Shown in pieces: positions 38,937-48,389 of a stretch of DNA of 64,000 nucleotides (its first letter is position 1; each line of letters starts with the position of its first letter). Below the pieces are notes generated by a model. The model saw nothing but the letters and a program-made list of their open reading frames with translations, was not told the DNA's origin and searched no databases. The stretch is from Candidatus Bathyarchaeota archaeon (lineage in GTDB: Archaea; Thermoproteota; Bathyarchaeia; 40CM-2-53-6). The stretch covers positions 43,840-107,839 of the forward strand of contig CAWHWX010000034.1 in assembly GCA_963833125.1 (NCBI GenBank), given 5' to 3'. The position numbers and the translations under genes were made by a program.

Positions 38937-39869
38937 TTGCCAGTTTCGGAAGCATTTTGCCCGGCTGGGATCTCTAGCTTCTTCGAGGTCTGTAATGTAG
39001 ACTCCTCCGGCGATCCAATTAATGATCCAGCGAGAATCGGAGCACGGGGCGGTGGATTTGCCATTCCACGAGGTGCCACTTCACGCGCCATCGTCAGAAA
39101 AAGCGCCGAGACACGGATTAAGATTAAGATAAACTCAAAGCCAGCCCCAGAAGCACATACAACCCGTTCAGCAATCGAACAGCTTCTGAAAATGCAAGGG
39201 GTTACCCTCGACGTAGCGATTGAAGTGAGAGTGACATGTCCGATCGGTGCGGGCTTTGGAACAAGCGCCGCCGGGACCTTAGCCTCATGCCTAGCCGTAT
39301 CGGACGCCGCCGACCTACCAGTTACATTAAACGAACTTGGCAGGATCACGCACATCGCGGACGTGGTGAACCAAACGGGGCTTGGAACAGCTGCCGCGTT
39401 GCTCACGGGAGGGTTCGTATTGGTCACAGAGCCTGGAGCGCCGGGAATAGGAGTTGTCGATAGGCTTCTCTTTCCACGAGACCATTCCATAATCTCAGCT
39501 TACGTTGGACCTATGCCTACACGCACAACGCTGGCCGAAACTGATGTCGCAGTGAGAGTAAACGCCTCGGCAAAACGGACTATGGACGCGGTTCGTCAGA
39601 ACCCTACCCTCTCGACCTTCCTAGCAGAGTCCAGGAGATTCAGTCAAGAAGCAGGCTTTGAAACAACGAATGTTACAAGGCTGATTTCGGCTATGACTTC
39701 ATCCGGAGCCATGGGATCTGCACAGAACATGATTGGAGAAGCAGTTCACGGAGTCGCAAATGACCGGAAAGTGGGAAGGATCGTGAAGGCAGTAAAGAGA
39801 ACCTTTCCCTCGGCAAAGGTCTTCGCTACTCCTATTGACAACCAGGGCGTGCGACTTCTAGATAACTGA
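38937..39869 (+). CDS. pok: Pantoate kinase (GHMP kinase family)
   Basis: AFCPAGISSFF, IGARGGGF, PIGAGFGTSAA, AQNMIGEAV; adjacent to coaD. Confidence 0.8.
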   Translation: MPVSEAFCPAGISSFFEVCNVDSSGDPINDPARIGARGGGFAIPRGATSRAIVRKSAETRIKIKINSKPAPEAHTTRSAIEQLLKMQGVTLDVAIEVRVTCPIGAGFGTSAAGTLASCLAVSDAADLPVTLNELGRITHIADVVNQTGLGTAAALLTGGFVLVTEPGAPGIGVVDRLLFPRDHSIISAYVGPMPTRTTLAETDVAVRVNASAKRTMDAVRQNPTLSTFLAESRRFSQEAGFETTNVTRLISAMTSSGAMGSAQNMIGEAVHGVANDRKVGRIVKAVKRTFPSAKVFATPIDNQGVRLLDN

Positions 39870-39954
39870 AGCAAAGCACTAAATCTCTAAGGCCTAAACG
39901 TGCCCTGCACTCCAATCCGCGAGACACAGCAACTTGGAGAGGTAAGTAAGAATA

Positions 39955-40437
39955 ATGCCAGAATCCCGCAAGACGTACAAAGTTGTAGCGCTGGGCGGGA
40001 CTTTCGATTCGTTGCACCGTGGGCACAGAAAATTGTTGAGACAAGCCTTCGCCGTGGGACGTAAGGTCATGATCGGTATCACGAGCGACGACTTCGCCAG
40101 GTCGTTGCACAAACCCCACAAACTGGACCCATACAACAGAAGAAAGAAGGATCTGGAACGCCTTCTAGTATCCTGGGGAGTATTATCCCGAGCGAAGATC
40201 GTTCCACTTCACGACCGTTACGGGCCGACGGTGAAAGTGTCCGGGATCGACGCGCTCGTAGTTAGCAGACGAACCATTAAAACCGCGTATGAGATCAATG
40301 CGAAGAGAAGGGCCAACCGGCTGAAGCCCATCGCGATAAGCCCCATAGACCTCATCCTCGCTGACGACAGGAGGCCGATATCATCGACTCGAATCAGGCG
40401 CGGTAAGATCGACCGAGAGGGCAGACTCGTACACTAA
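39955..40437 (+). CDS. coaD: Phosphopantetheine adenylyltransferase (archaeal/eukaryotic type)
   Basis: GGTFDSLHRGH, DRYGPT, LVVS, ISSTRIRRGKIDREG. Confidence 0.88.
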   Translation: MPESRKTYKVVALGGTFDSLHRGHRKLLRQAFAVGRKVMIGITSDDFARSLHKPHKLDPYNRRKKDLERLLVSWGVLSRAKIVPLHDRYGPTVKVSGIDALVVSRRTIKTAYEINAKRRANRLKPIAISPIDLILADDRRPISSTRIRRGKIDREGRLVH

Positions 40438-40515
40438 TCGGAACATCGACTTTGACGCGAGGTTTATGTTAGCTTAAACTTCGTATCCTCCGATCGGAAG
40501 ACCATCTCGTGGGTC

Positions 40516-40845
40516 GTGTCCTTGGAAACGGAGAAACGCCGAATTAAGTTCCTGTACTGGGAAGAATGCCAGTCTCACAATGAAGCTCTCATCCGTCTAA
40601 AGAAAGTTCTGAGTGAAGCTCGTATCGACGCCGAAATTGAAGTAATTCGCGTACAATCGAACGAAGATGCGAAACGGCTTCGGTTCATAGGCTCCCCGAC
40701 AATCACGGTGGACGGAAGAGACATTCAACCGCCAACAAGCACCCATTATGCGTTGACTTGCAGGGCCTATCAGTTGGAGGATGGGCGTATCTCTCCTTTA
40801 CCCTCCGAGGCTACGATTTGCAGAGCACTAAAGCGAGAATCTTAA
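40516..40845 (+). CDS. Thioredoxin-like protein (DUF2703/alkylmercury-lyase-associated type)
   Basis: LYWEECQSH, FIGSPTITVDGRDI, TCRAY. Confidence 0.7.
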   Translation: MSLETEKRRIKFLYWEECQSHNEALIRLKKVLSEARIDAEIEVIRVQSNEDAKRLRFIGSPTITVDGRDIQPPTSTHYALTCRAYQLEDGRISPLPSEATICRALKRES

Positions 40846-40879
40846 GACTGCCAAGTCTTACCTGACATGTGATTTCGCA

Positions 40880-41404
40880 TTGGCAAACCTGAAGGTCGGC
40901 GATTTCACATTGACCGGCACAGACGGCTTGAAACATTCTCTGAATGACTATCGGGGCAAGTATGCTGTTGTGATTTTCAGCTGCAACCATTGTCCATATG
41001 TTCGCGCTTGGGAGGACCGTATGGTCGCGATTCAAAGGGACTATGCGGGGAAGGGTGTGCAACTGATCGCCATAAACTCCAATGACGCATCACAATACCC
41101 AGAAGACAACTTCGAAAATATGAAGGCGAGAGCGAAGGAGAAACATTTCAACTTCCCATACCTTCAGGACGGAGACCAGAAGATTGCCACATCATATGGT
41201 GCTCAACGAACTCCCGAAGTATTCGTCTTCGACACCGGATCCATCCTACGTTACCACGGGGCGATAGACGACAATTACGATGACCCCAAGGCGGTGAAGC
41301 GGCACTACCTACGCGATGCCCTCGATGCCCTTCTGGGCGGAACCAAGATACCCATCCCTGATACTCAGCCTATCGGATGTACGATCAAATGGAAATCTAG
41401 CTGA
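40880..41404 (+). CDS. AhpC/TSA-type thioredoxin family protein
   Basis: FSCNHCPYV, AINSND, YGAQRTPE, YHGAIDD, GCTIKWK. Confidence 0.88.
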   Translation: MANLKVGDFTLTGTDGLKHSLNDYRGKYAVVIFSCNHCPYVRAWEDRMVAIQRDYAGKGVQLIAINSNDASQYPEDNFENMKARAKEKHFNFPYLQDGDQKIATSYGAQRTPEVFVFDTGSILRYHGAIDDNYDDPKAVKRHYLRDALDALLGGTKIPIPDTQPIGCTIKWKSS

Positions 41405-41729
41405 ACTAGAGCTGCCTTGTAGGTAACGTCAGGTTAACGGTTGTTAAGAGATTCCCGATTGTTTTCTGTTCGGAATTAGGGGGTGGATCCACCCCTCGAA
41501 GGGTGGTGCCAAACGGTGCCAAACGAAGGTAACCCTCGCCCCATTCTACGCCCCGATCCCCCCATACGAAGCAGTTTGCAGCAGCTCCCGACAAGCGACG
41601 TTACCGTCTTGTAACCCATCCCAATTCAAGAATCTTTGAACAGTTGATAGCAGCGCAGAGAGCTGCCTCCCGCAGAAAACTGGCCTAGAACTTCATATAA
41701 TACACGTTTGGGTGGGCAGAAAGTCCGGA

Positions 41730-42101
41730 TCACACATAAGCCCACAGCTTGTACGCCGGTGTTTGCTTGCAAGTCTGGCTGCAGATGCAGAGCGGCTTAG
41801 GCGCGAATTCTGCGGGTACCCATGTCTCTAGAGAGAAGAGGGGGTCCTGTGAGCCACACTTCAAGCAGAAAACTCCTTCCATGGTCCAGGCGAACTTGTC
41901 GCTTCCGCAGATGCAAATTGGTTCTGCGTACTCGAAGTCTGCGGCGGAGAGTCGGCGGCTTCTGGCGATCACCTGCAGGTTCGAATATCTTCTTCTCTTC
42001 CACTCCAAATAGCAGGATTTGTTGCCGCACAGCTTCCGGGGTCGGCCGAAAATGTACTGCATTTCCTGGCTACAAATCACACACCGACTGGTTTTCTCCA
42101 A
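41730..42101 (-). CDS. Cys-rich hypothetical protein (multiple zinc-finger-like motifs)
   Basis: CVIC..GRPRKLCGNKSC, CICG..CLKCG, CICSQTC. Confidence 0.55.
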   Translation of the reverse strand: MEKTSRCVICSQEMQYIFGRPRKLCGNKSCYLEWKRRRYSNLQVIARSRRLSAADFEYAEPICICGSDKFAWTMEGVFCLKCGSQDPLFSLETWVPAEFAPKPLCICSQTCKQTPAYKLWAYV

Positions 42102-42709
42102 GCTATGCGACTCCTGACGAATTAGGCTCCTGAAATTTCTCGTGCCGCCTGTGACTCTGTAATGAGCCTTAGGTTCCTCCGTTCGGCGCTAATGAATAAC
42201 CCATGTAATATTCCCTTCTGGGACTCCCTTTCACAGGGGGTAGCAAAGTTGCTTAGCGGTCCGAAGAGCCTGGGACGGTGCACCGAAAGTACACCATCAC
42301 TCACCTAGAGCTATCACCCCGTATGCTCAAACGTCCCTCAGACAAGCGCCGGTTAGTCAAACAGGCGCTTCCTCTCGGTGACGCCGCTTGTCCAGCCGCA
42401 CGCTTTTCCCGCCCTCGGCGGCGGTTTTCGCCGGTTTTTCCTTTTTTTCTCATTTTCTTTCTTTACTCTCCTTTTTGTGCGCCCCGTTAGCGCACCTGGT
42501 GCTAATTCCGTCGGAAAATCGGGTTCTATTTGCACCCGAATTTCCGTCGGCACGAAAAAGACTAGGAAATGATCATTTCCAGGAATGTCGTCAACTCTGT
42601 GCGCTTCGATTTATTGGAGCGGTGGGGCCAACATTAGAGCAGTTTAGGCGCGGCTTCATGTATCGGGGCCAATATCTGCAGTCGCACTCGCCAATCGTCG
42701 TCGGGTCGG

Positions 42710-42952
42710 GTGAAAAAGGGAAAGCCCGTGAGAGTAATCGTTGAATGCTTTGGCAAAGACCAAGACGTATTCAATCGAGCGTACCGGCTCGTGGGCGAAA
42801 ACGGAATAACCGTCACCAACTTCACGACTCCGGGTGCCGTTGAGAAGTCGAGCGTAGGATCTTTCGTCGCGAATGGTCAGTACGCTACGGTTTCTTACGA
42901 TGGTGCCTTAGAAGCTTTGTTCTCTGTCAGAAACGTGAGTACGTATTTCTGA
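42710..42952 (+). CDS. Hypothetical protein
   Basis: 80-aa ORF ending 19 nt before the methyltransferase start. Confidence 0.4.
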   Translation: MKKGKPVRVIVECFGKDQDVFNRAYRLVGENGITVTNFTTPGAVEKSSVGSFVANGQYATVSYDGALEALFSVRNVSTYF

Positions 42953-42971
42953 TGTTAGACGGGTATCGGAT

Positions 42972-43724
42972 TTGGAGATAGATCCAAAGAAACGATTTTC
43001 GAGACGTGCTGGGTACTATTCGCGCTATCGACCCGGTTACCCGGAGTCTCTCCTTCGCTACATGGAACGGGAACTATCCTTCTCGCAAGATTCAGTTGTG
43101 GCTGATGTGGGTTCAGGGACGGGTATCCTATCTGAACTCATGCTGAAGAACGGGAATAGGGTATTCGGGGTTGAACCGAACGACGATATGCGGCGCATAG
43201 CGGAAGCGAATTTGGCGAAATACCTGAACCTCACGAGCATAAGTGGCTCGGCTGAATCAACAACGCTCGAGAATAGGAGCATAGACTTCATCGCCGCCGC
43301 ACAGGCGTTCCATTGGTTCGATCCGGAGAAGGCTAGGGCGGAATTCCGTCGCATTCTACGAGATGGAGGATGGGTGGTTTTGGTCTGGAACACCCGTAAG
43401 ACTTCGACAAGTTTCCTCGAGGCTTACGATGAGCTCGTAAGTTGGGTCTCAGATAAACGAAGAGTCCGGCATGAGGACGTGACCGATCAAACGCTGAAGA
43501 ATTTCCTAGGAGATTATCGGGCTGTCAAATTGGATAATTCGCAGAAATTGGATTACGAGGGACTGGTTGGTAGGTTGTTGTCATGGTCATACGCTCCGCA
43601 GCGAGGGGACGCATTGTTCGACGAGATGATTACCCGAGTATCCCAACTCTTCAACCTCCATCACGTAGATGGGGTTGTTACTCTCGAATATGAAACCGAA
43701 GTTTACGCCGGACAACTCGATTGA
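42972..43724 (+). CDS. Class I SAM-dependent methyltransferase
   Basis: YSRYRPGYP, VADVGSGTG, GVEPN, AAQAFHWFD. Confidence 0.9.
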   Translation: MEIDPKKRFSRRAGYYSRYRPGYPESLLRYMERELSFSQDSVVADVGSGTGILSELMLKNGNRVFGVEPNDDMRRIAEANLAKYLNLTSISGSAESTTLENRSIDFIAAAQAFHWFDPEKARAEFRRILRDGGWVVLVWNTRKTSTSFLEAYDELVSWVSDKRRVRHEDVTDQTLKNFLGDYRAVKLDNSQKLDYEGLVGRLLSWSYAPQRGDALFDEMITRVSQLFNLHHVDGVVTLEYETEVYAGQLD

Positions 43725-44100
43725 TGCGAGGATTATCAGGGAACCATCGACTCCTTCCGACGAGTGGTTCTGGAGCATGATTTCTACATCGGAAACCTAG
43801 GGGTTCACTAGTCGAAAGTTGTGAAACGATAACCACAAAATGTCCCTTATTCTGACTTGTTACAGAATTCATGACTTACTTTTCTTCTCTGATGGGAGAT
43901 GGGGCCCCTTTACCTCAGCGAGGTCTCAATTCTTAGATCAATCAGAGATTGGGGAGGTAGCCGTGAAAACACTGTTTCCCGATAGGTATCAGAATTGAAT
44001 TGTTTTCAGCAAATCCAACAATCGAAGTCGTGGAGTTCTGTCTGGCTTTGTGTTGTGAACCGCTTTCTTCTTCCGCAACTTCTTCAGGTGTGGAATCTAA

Positions 44101-44560
44101 ATGGCAAACAGACCTCGATCACTGACCGTACTTGACCGTCCCACGATAGGAAATATCCCGAGAGAAGATTACTATGCGGAGCGACAGAAGCGATGGGTGT
44201 GGGTTTTCCCAAAGATCGACAAGCACTCGACTCTAAATCAGATCGTAGACCTCGACAGTTTCTGCACTATTCTCTTCCCACATAGCATAAAGAAACAGGG
44301 AGTTGCGAAGGCAATAATCCAGATTCTCGTTGAAGAAAAGAGGCCGATGTACCTCCGAGATCTTCACCACAGGGTGGTTGAGAGAATCAAGGTAAGCGCC
44401 GCAAACCCTCAGCGACACCTACAAAGCGATGCTCCGAAGCGGGCTTCTAGAGAAAAAATACCGGAATGAGCCTACGAAGTTGAGTGTGCAGTTCGCGAAT
44501 CGGTTACGCGACCTGGCATCTTATTGGGACAATTACCTCGTTGCGAAGAAAGCTAGCTGA
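44101..44560 (+). CDS. Hypothetical winged-helix-like protein (frameshift near 44402)
   Basis: Shifted frame continues TLSDTYKAMLRSGLLEKKY...YWDNYLVAKKAS* to 44560. Confidence 0.55.
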
Positions 44561-44605
44561 CATCCAATTTATTGGAGTGTTAGCGAACCATCCACTTTTT
44601 TGGAC

Positions 44606-45031
44606 CTAGGCCGTATACCTCGAATCCGGCTTGGTTGCCGGAGTAGGTTGAGGTTGTTGTGGGATTGGTGGCAGCGGTGGCGGAACGTTCAGACTTCTGG
44701 AAATTAGAATCGCGTCAGCCATCGCAGCATTAGAAACGGCCTGCACGAGTTGAACGGGTGGAGCTTTCTGGGCCTTATGTTCCTCCAGAATTTTCTTCGT
44801 GTCCTCAGCATCGCCTGTAATCTTTGCCTTACCCTTGATGCTGATCTGCGCGATTGATGGCGTGAAATTTACCGTGAAGACGAAAGGTGCGTCGAGGCTT
44901 CCGTCGGATCTCTGATCAATGTCGAGCATGTTTATGTTCACTCCAATTTGGACTTGGGGCGGCATCGGGCGGTCAATTTCCCAGAATCTCTCGGCCGACA
45001 TACTGGTAACAAATATGTTCACATGAATCAT
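44606..45031 (-). CDS. Conserved archaeal hypothetical protein (SecB-like beta-sheet plus helix pattern)
   Basis: SAERF, FVFTVNFTPSIAQISIKG, LNVPPPLP. Confidence 0.6.
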   Translation of the reverse strand: MIHVNIFVTSMSAERFWEIDRPMPPQVQIGVNINMLDIDQRSDGSLDAPFVFTVNFTPSIAQISIKGKAKITGDAEDTKKILEEHKAQKAPPVQLVQAVSNAAMADAILISRSLNVPPPLPPIPQQPQPTPATKPDSRYTA

Positions 45032-45203
45032 GTCGCTTGTCTACTCAATTGCAGCCGACTTGTCATTTCCGCTTTAAACGTTATCGCATGGGCCGCTTAA
45101 ACGGGGTTCTTTGGTGCTGAAAATTGACTAGTTGATGGGTATAAGGACTAAACCCGTTTTCCGTCAGAATTAGGATAGGAATTTGAACCCGAAGTGGTAA
45201 GTA

Positions 45204-45458
45204 TTGAAAGAAGCCGTTGCTAGTTTTGTGGTAACGAAAAAGAGGATGCCGGACGGACGGGTGTACGAGTCGCCTCGAATTTACCTCCCGACCAAGCTTA
45301 CGACAGATTCAAACTTCCCTTTCACGAAGGAATCGTTGAGGCTGTACGTGAGAGTATCCGGAAAGAGGCTGATGGTGGAGCGAGCCGCCCCGACCGTGCT
45401 CAAGAGGTTCGGACGATTCAAGAGGAAAGTCCGTAAGGCTAGGTCGAGGAAACGCTAG
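45204..45458 (+). CDS. AbrB-like small DNA-binding protein
   Basis: RIYLPTKLTTDSNFPF...VRVSGKRLMVE; shares motif with 33102-33281. Confidence 0.6.
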   Translation: MKEAVASFVVTKKRMPDGRVYESPRIYLPTKLTTDSNFPFTKESLRLYVRVSGKRLMVERAAPTVLKRFGRFKRKVRKARSRKR

Positions 45459-46212
45459 GCCCCACTGCGAAGTGTAGACGAAACGCGTTATCGGGCATTT
45501 GTTCAGCCCTCACGATCGACACCTTCCCTACTTCAGACAGCGCTGAAACATGGGTTCCTCCGCAAGGAATGGGATTGCAACCTTTGATGCTAACAGTCCT
45601 GATTTCAGAAAGATCAGGAAGTCGTTCGTAGTTCGGGGCGTTCTGAAGAAGAGATTTTGCAGATTCAGGATTCAGAAACTCAATCTGTACCTCCCCGCCT
45701 CCAACTACCATTTGGTTGGCCAGGGCCTCGGCCTGTTGTAGAGTTTGTGCGTCAGGAGGTGCACCTGTGTATCCCACGTAACAAGGATCATCCAACCAAG
45801 AGTCTGTTGTCTGTACTCTGCTCGAGGTTATCTGTGCAAGGCAGTGATCGAGCAAATGCGCAGCCGTGTGCCTCCGCATAACCAAATGTCTGTACTCCCA
45901 ATCAATCTCGCACGTAGCCCCACCTACCGACGGTGTTCCCCGGGTTAGTTTCGCCCAGTGAATTACGACGCCGTTGTGGAAGATTGCTTTCTTCACAACT
46001 ACCTCATAACTGGCCGAACGAATCACTCCTCGATCGGAGGGCTGTCCTCCCCCTTTCGGATGGAAAATTGTTCGATCAAGAATCAGATATGCATGTGTCC
46101 GTTTTTCGGGAACAATCTTGAGAACCGTCGCTTGGTCCAGACGAGACGCCATTTCGCGCAGATATACCAAGTTGGTTCTTGGTTGTCCGGCTGCAATTGT
46201 TGCCAGTTCCAA
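45439..46212 (-). CDS. alaX: Alanyl-tRNA editing protein AlaX
   Basis: LDRTIFHPKGGGQPSDRG, HTAAHLL, CGGTHV; start estimated. Confidence 0.85.
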   Translation of the reverse strand: MELATIAAGQPRTNLVYLREMASRLDQATVLKIVPEKRTHAYLILDRTIFHPKGGGQPSDRGVIRSASYEVVVKKAIFHNGVVIHWAKLTRGTPSVGGATCEIDWEYRHLVMRRHTAAHLLDHCLAQITSSRVQTTDSWLDDPCYVGYTGAPPDAQTLQQAEALANQMVVGGGEVQIEFLNPESAKSLLQNAPNYERLPDLSEIRTVSIKGCNPIPCGGTHVSALSEVGKVSIVRAEQMPDNAFRLHFAVGPSVSST

Positions 46213-46291
46213 GACTCTACTTTCACTCCGGGATTTCCCCAGACAAGGATACTTATAAGAAAACGGTCGGTATAGGCCGCTCTGATTTACG

Positions 46292-46795
46292 GTGAATTCG
46301 AAGCAAGTCGTGGCAGCAATCTCAGCGGTAATCTTAGTAGTCATCCTAGTCTACCCTGCCGTATCGATGGGTACTGTCTCCGTTTCATTACGGTCAGCGG
46401 GTATAAGCAAAGCCGACCACGTTTACGTTACCGTTGATAGCGTCTGGGCACACCCAAAAGGCCAGGCGAGCGGAGGGGGATGGAGGTTGGTTTCCAACCA
46501 ATCGGTGAGTATAGATTTGATTTCTGTTGAAAATTCAACTCAATTACTTGGAGCTGGCCAAGTTCCTTCTGGCGATTATGACTCAATCCGGATAGAAGTC
46601 TCGAACGTAACCTGGGTCTTCAACAAAACGACCACACCGCTCGGGATTGCGTCTCCGGAGATCGACGGTACGCTGGATTTCACAATTGGCGCAGGCAAGA
46701 GTACAAACGTTTTGATCACTCTTAACTCTCAGCAGCAACTGATAGCAAATTCGGAATACTACACCGCCACTATGATTGCGACTGAATCCACCTAA
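46292..46795 (+). CDS. DUF4382-like secreted beta protein
   Basis: Signal/TM, HVYVTVDSVWAH, IDLISV, PSGDYDSIRIEV. Confidence 0.6.
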   Translation: MNSKQVVAAISAVILVVILVYPAVSMGTVSVSLRSAGISKADHVYVTVDSVWAHPKGQASGGGWRLVSNQSVSIDLISVENSTQLLGAGQVPSGDYDSIRIEVSNVTWVFNKTTTPLGIASPEIDGTLDFTIGAGKSTNVLITLNSQQQLIANSEYYTATMIATEST

Positions 46796-46855
46796 CTCGC
46801 GAAATGCGAACGCAGAAATACTAAACCGCCGGGTACCTGTTGGGGGATTGTTGTC

Positions 46856-47380
46856 ATGAGCGTTGCGGGAAAAGACCAAATCACTAAACTAATTCAAACC
46901 TACAAATGCGTATACCCGTTCGATTACGCGTTATTGGATGGTGATGGCTACGTTCTGACCGTCCGTGACGAGACGACCCTACACTATCTTGAACACCGGA
47001 ATGTCATATCCTATGAGGTTGTGTTTACGCCCCCTAACTACGTATCCCACCTCACCGCCAAGAGCAAGTACGGACGAATGGGACTATCATTCCTCAATGC
47101 CGCTAAGGTTCACAGCGGATTCGTGGGACGTCTGGCACTCGAACTCGTCAACCTGAACAATACCCGGCAACCTATCACCATCAAACGCGGGGATCCGCTA
47201 ATGCATATAGAGTACATCACTCGAGAGGGTGAACCGTCACCTTATCGAGGTGATTACATGTTCCAGTACATGAGCGACGATGAAGTCGCCCTCTACCTGG
47301 GCATTCTGAAGGAGCATTTCAAGGGGATCTTCGACATTGCCGAACTGGAGAAAGTCGCGAAAGAGAGGGTGCGCGGCTAA
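46856..47380 (+). CDS. dCTP deaminase/dUTPase superfamily protein
   Basis: AKSKYGRMGLS, VHSGFVGRLALELVN, PYRGDY. Confidence 0.75.
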   Translation: MSVAGKDQITKLIQTYKCVYPFDYALLDGDGYVLTVRDETTLHYLEHRNVISYEVVFTPPNYVSHLTAKSKYGRMGLSFLNAAKVHSGFVGRLALELVNLNNTRQPITIKRGDPLMHIEYITREGEPSPYRGDYMFQYMSDDEVALYLGILKEHFKGIFDIAELEKVAKERVRG

Positions 47381-47381
47381 T

Positions 47382-48308
47382 CTATCTTCGTTGAAACTTT
47401 CCGAACCTCTTCCTTCTATTCCTATACAAGACTTGGACGCTAACGGCTGCGAACACAGCCAAGATCACTAGCGCAGCCATAATCCATTCCATTCCGCCCG
47501 TCCCAACGCTGACAAGAATAGTGTTCCCTTGAGCCCGGCTCAAACCCGAGACAGAGATCATCGCGCTGTAGCCATAACTAGCTACGTAGTCCGCGGTCAC
47601 GTTCTTGCGCTGAATCCTCATATCGAAGTTGAAAAGTTGGGGAGGTGAGTATCGCCAAGTAGTTGTGTTGTTTGTAAGGGTGTAGGTTCGATTCCATTGA
47701 TTCAGCGTTGGACTAAGGTAGCCGAAGTCCAGCATCGTGAAGTTACCTACATAATCCTGAGCTTGCGTAGGGTTGAAGGATGTCCCGTTAACGAAGAAGG
47801 TCACTCCATTAATCGTCGCGTTAGGACTGCCGACCAAACGACTCGCATTCGCATAATATGCGACAGCCGGTCTAAAGTAGCGACTTCCTATCGTATTATA
47901 GCTGAAATTTTCAGCTCGCAGATCTGAGGTCACATTGAACGGCAACCACGTCATGTTGACGGAAACGATGTCCCCATTCCTCTGCGAAACACCGGTCACA
48001 TCCAATGTACATGTGAGATTAAGCGAAGCCTTCGTTGAAGTTATTCCAACACTCAGACCAGATGAGGCAGCGTTGGGGTTTGCGTGGCTTAGGGCTTGAT
48101 CGAAGGCCGTGGATAGGTTCGATTGCGAAGTAGAATCTACGGTTGTTGTAATGTTCGGTAGCGCGGTTATGTTTTGAACCAACGAAAGAGAAATCGATGT
48201 GTGCACCTGCTGTCCCTGAATGTTTACGGTGACGTTGGATGCTGAGGCGGGAACATAGAGTGTAGACATGAGGAATATGGCTAATGTTATGATTGCAATA
48301 GGGCGCAA
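47382..48308 (-). CDS. Secreted membrane-anchored protein
   Basis: Signal peptide, many NxS/T sequons, C-terminal TM followed by a basic tail. Confidence 0.7.
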   Translation of the reverse strand: MRPIAIITLAIFLMSTLYVPASASNVTVNIQGQQVHTSISLSLVQNITALPNITTTVDSTSQSNLSTAFDQALSHANPNAASSGLSVGITSTKASLNLTCTLDVTGVSQRNGDIVSVNMTWLPFNVTSDLRAENFSYNTIGSRYFRPAVAYYANASRLVGSPNATINGVTFFVNGTSFNPTQAQDYVGNFTMLDFGYLSPTLNQWNRTYTLTNNTTTWRYSPPQLFNFDMRIQRKNVTADYVASYGYSAMISVSGLSRAQGNTILVSVGTGGMEWIMAALVILAVFAAVSVQVLYRNRRKRFGKFQRR

Positions 48309-48389
48309 TGGTCGGCACTTTCCGTCTCATTTGGGCTTTTAGCGGAACCAGAACTACGTTTGGTATTTAAGAGTTGAAAAGAAAGTGGA

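Noticed and set aside
42234-42330. GGGGGTAGCAAAG, resembling a tRNA 5' end
   Set aside because: No complementary acceptor 3' strand or T-arm downstream.
42477-42495. GTGCGCCC, resembling a group II intron 5' end
   Set aside because: It forms a simple local hairpin; no domain V/VI or reverse transcriptase ORF is present.
45172-45195. GGGTTCAAATTCC on the minus strand, resembling a tRNA T-arm
   Set aside because: The stem pairs poorly and no acceptor, D or anticodon arms could be built, even allowing for introns.
45422-45432. GAGGAAAGTCC resembling the RNase P RNA 5' motif
   Set aside because: Lies inside the coding region of 45204-45458 (KRKVR), and no matching 3' motif was found.
46213-46344. 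N-terminal extension of the AlaX ORF to 46344
   Set aside because: Overlaps the divergent gene starting at 46292 and the AT-rich promoter zone; AlaX-like sequence begins further downstream.
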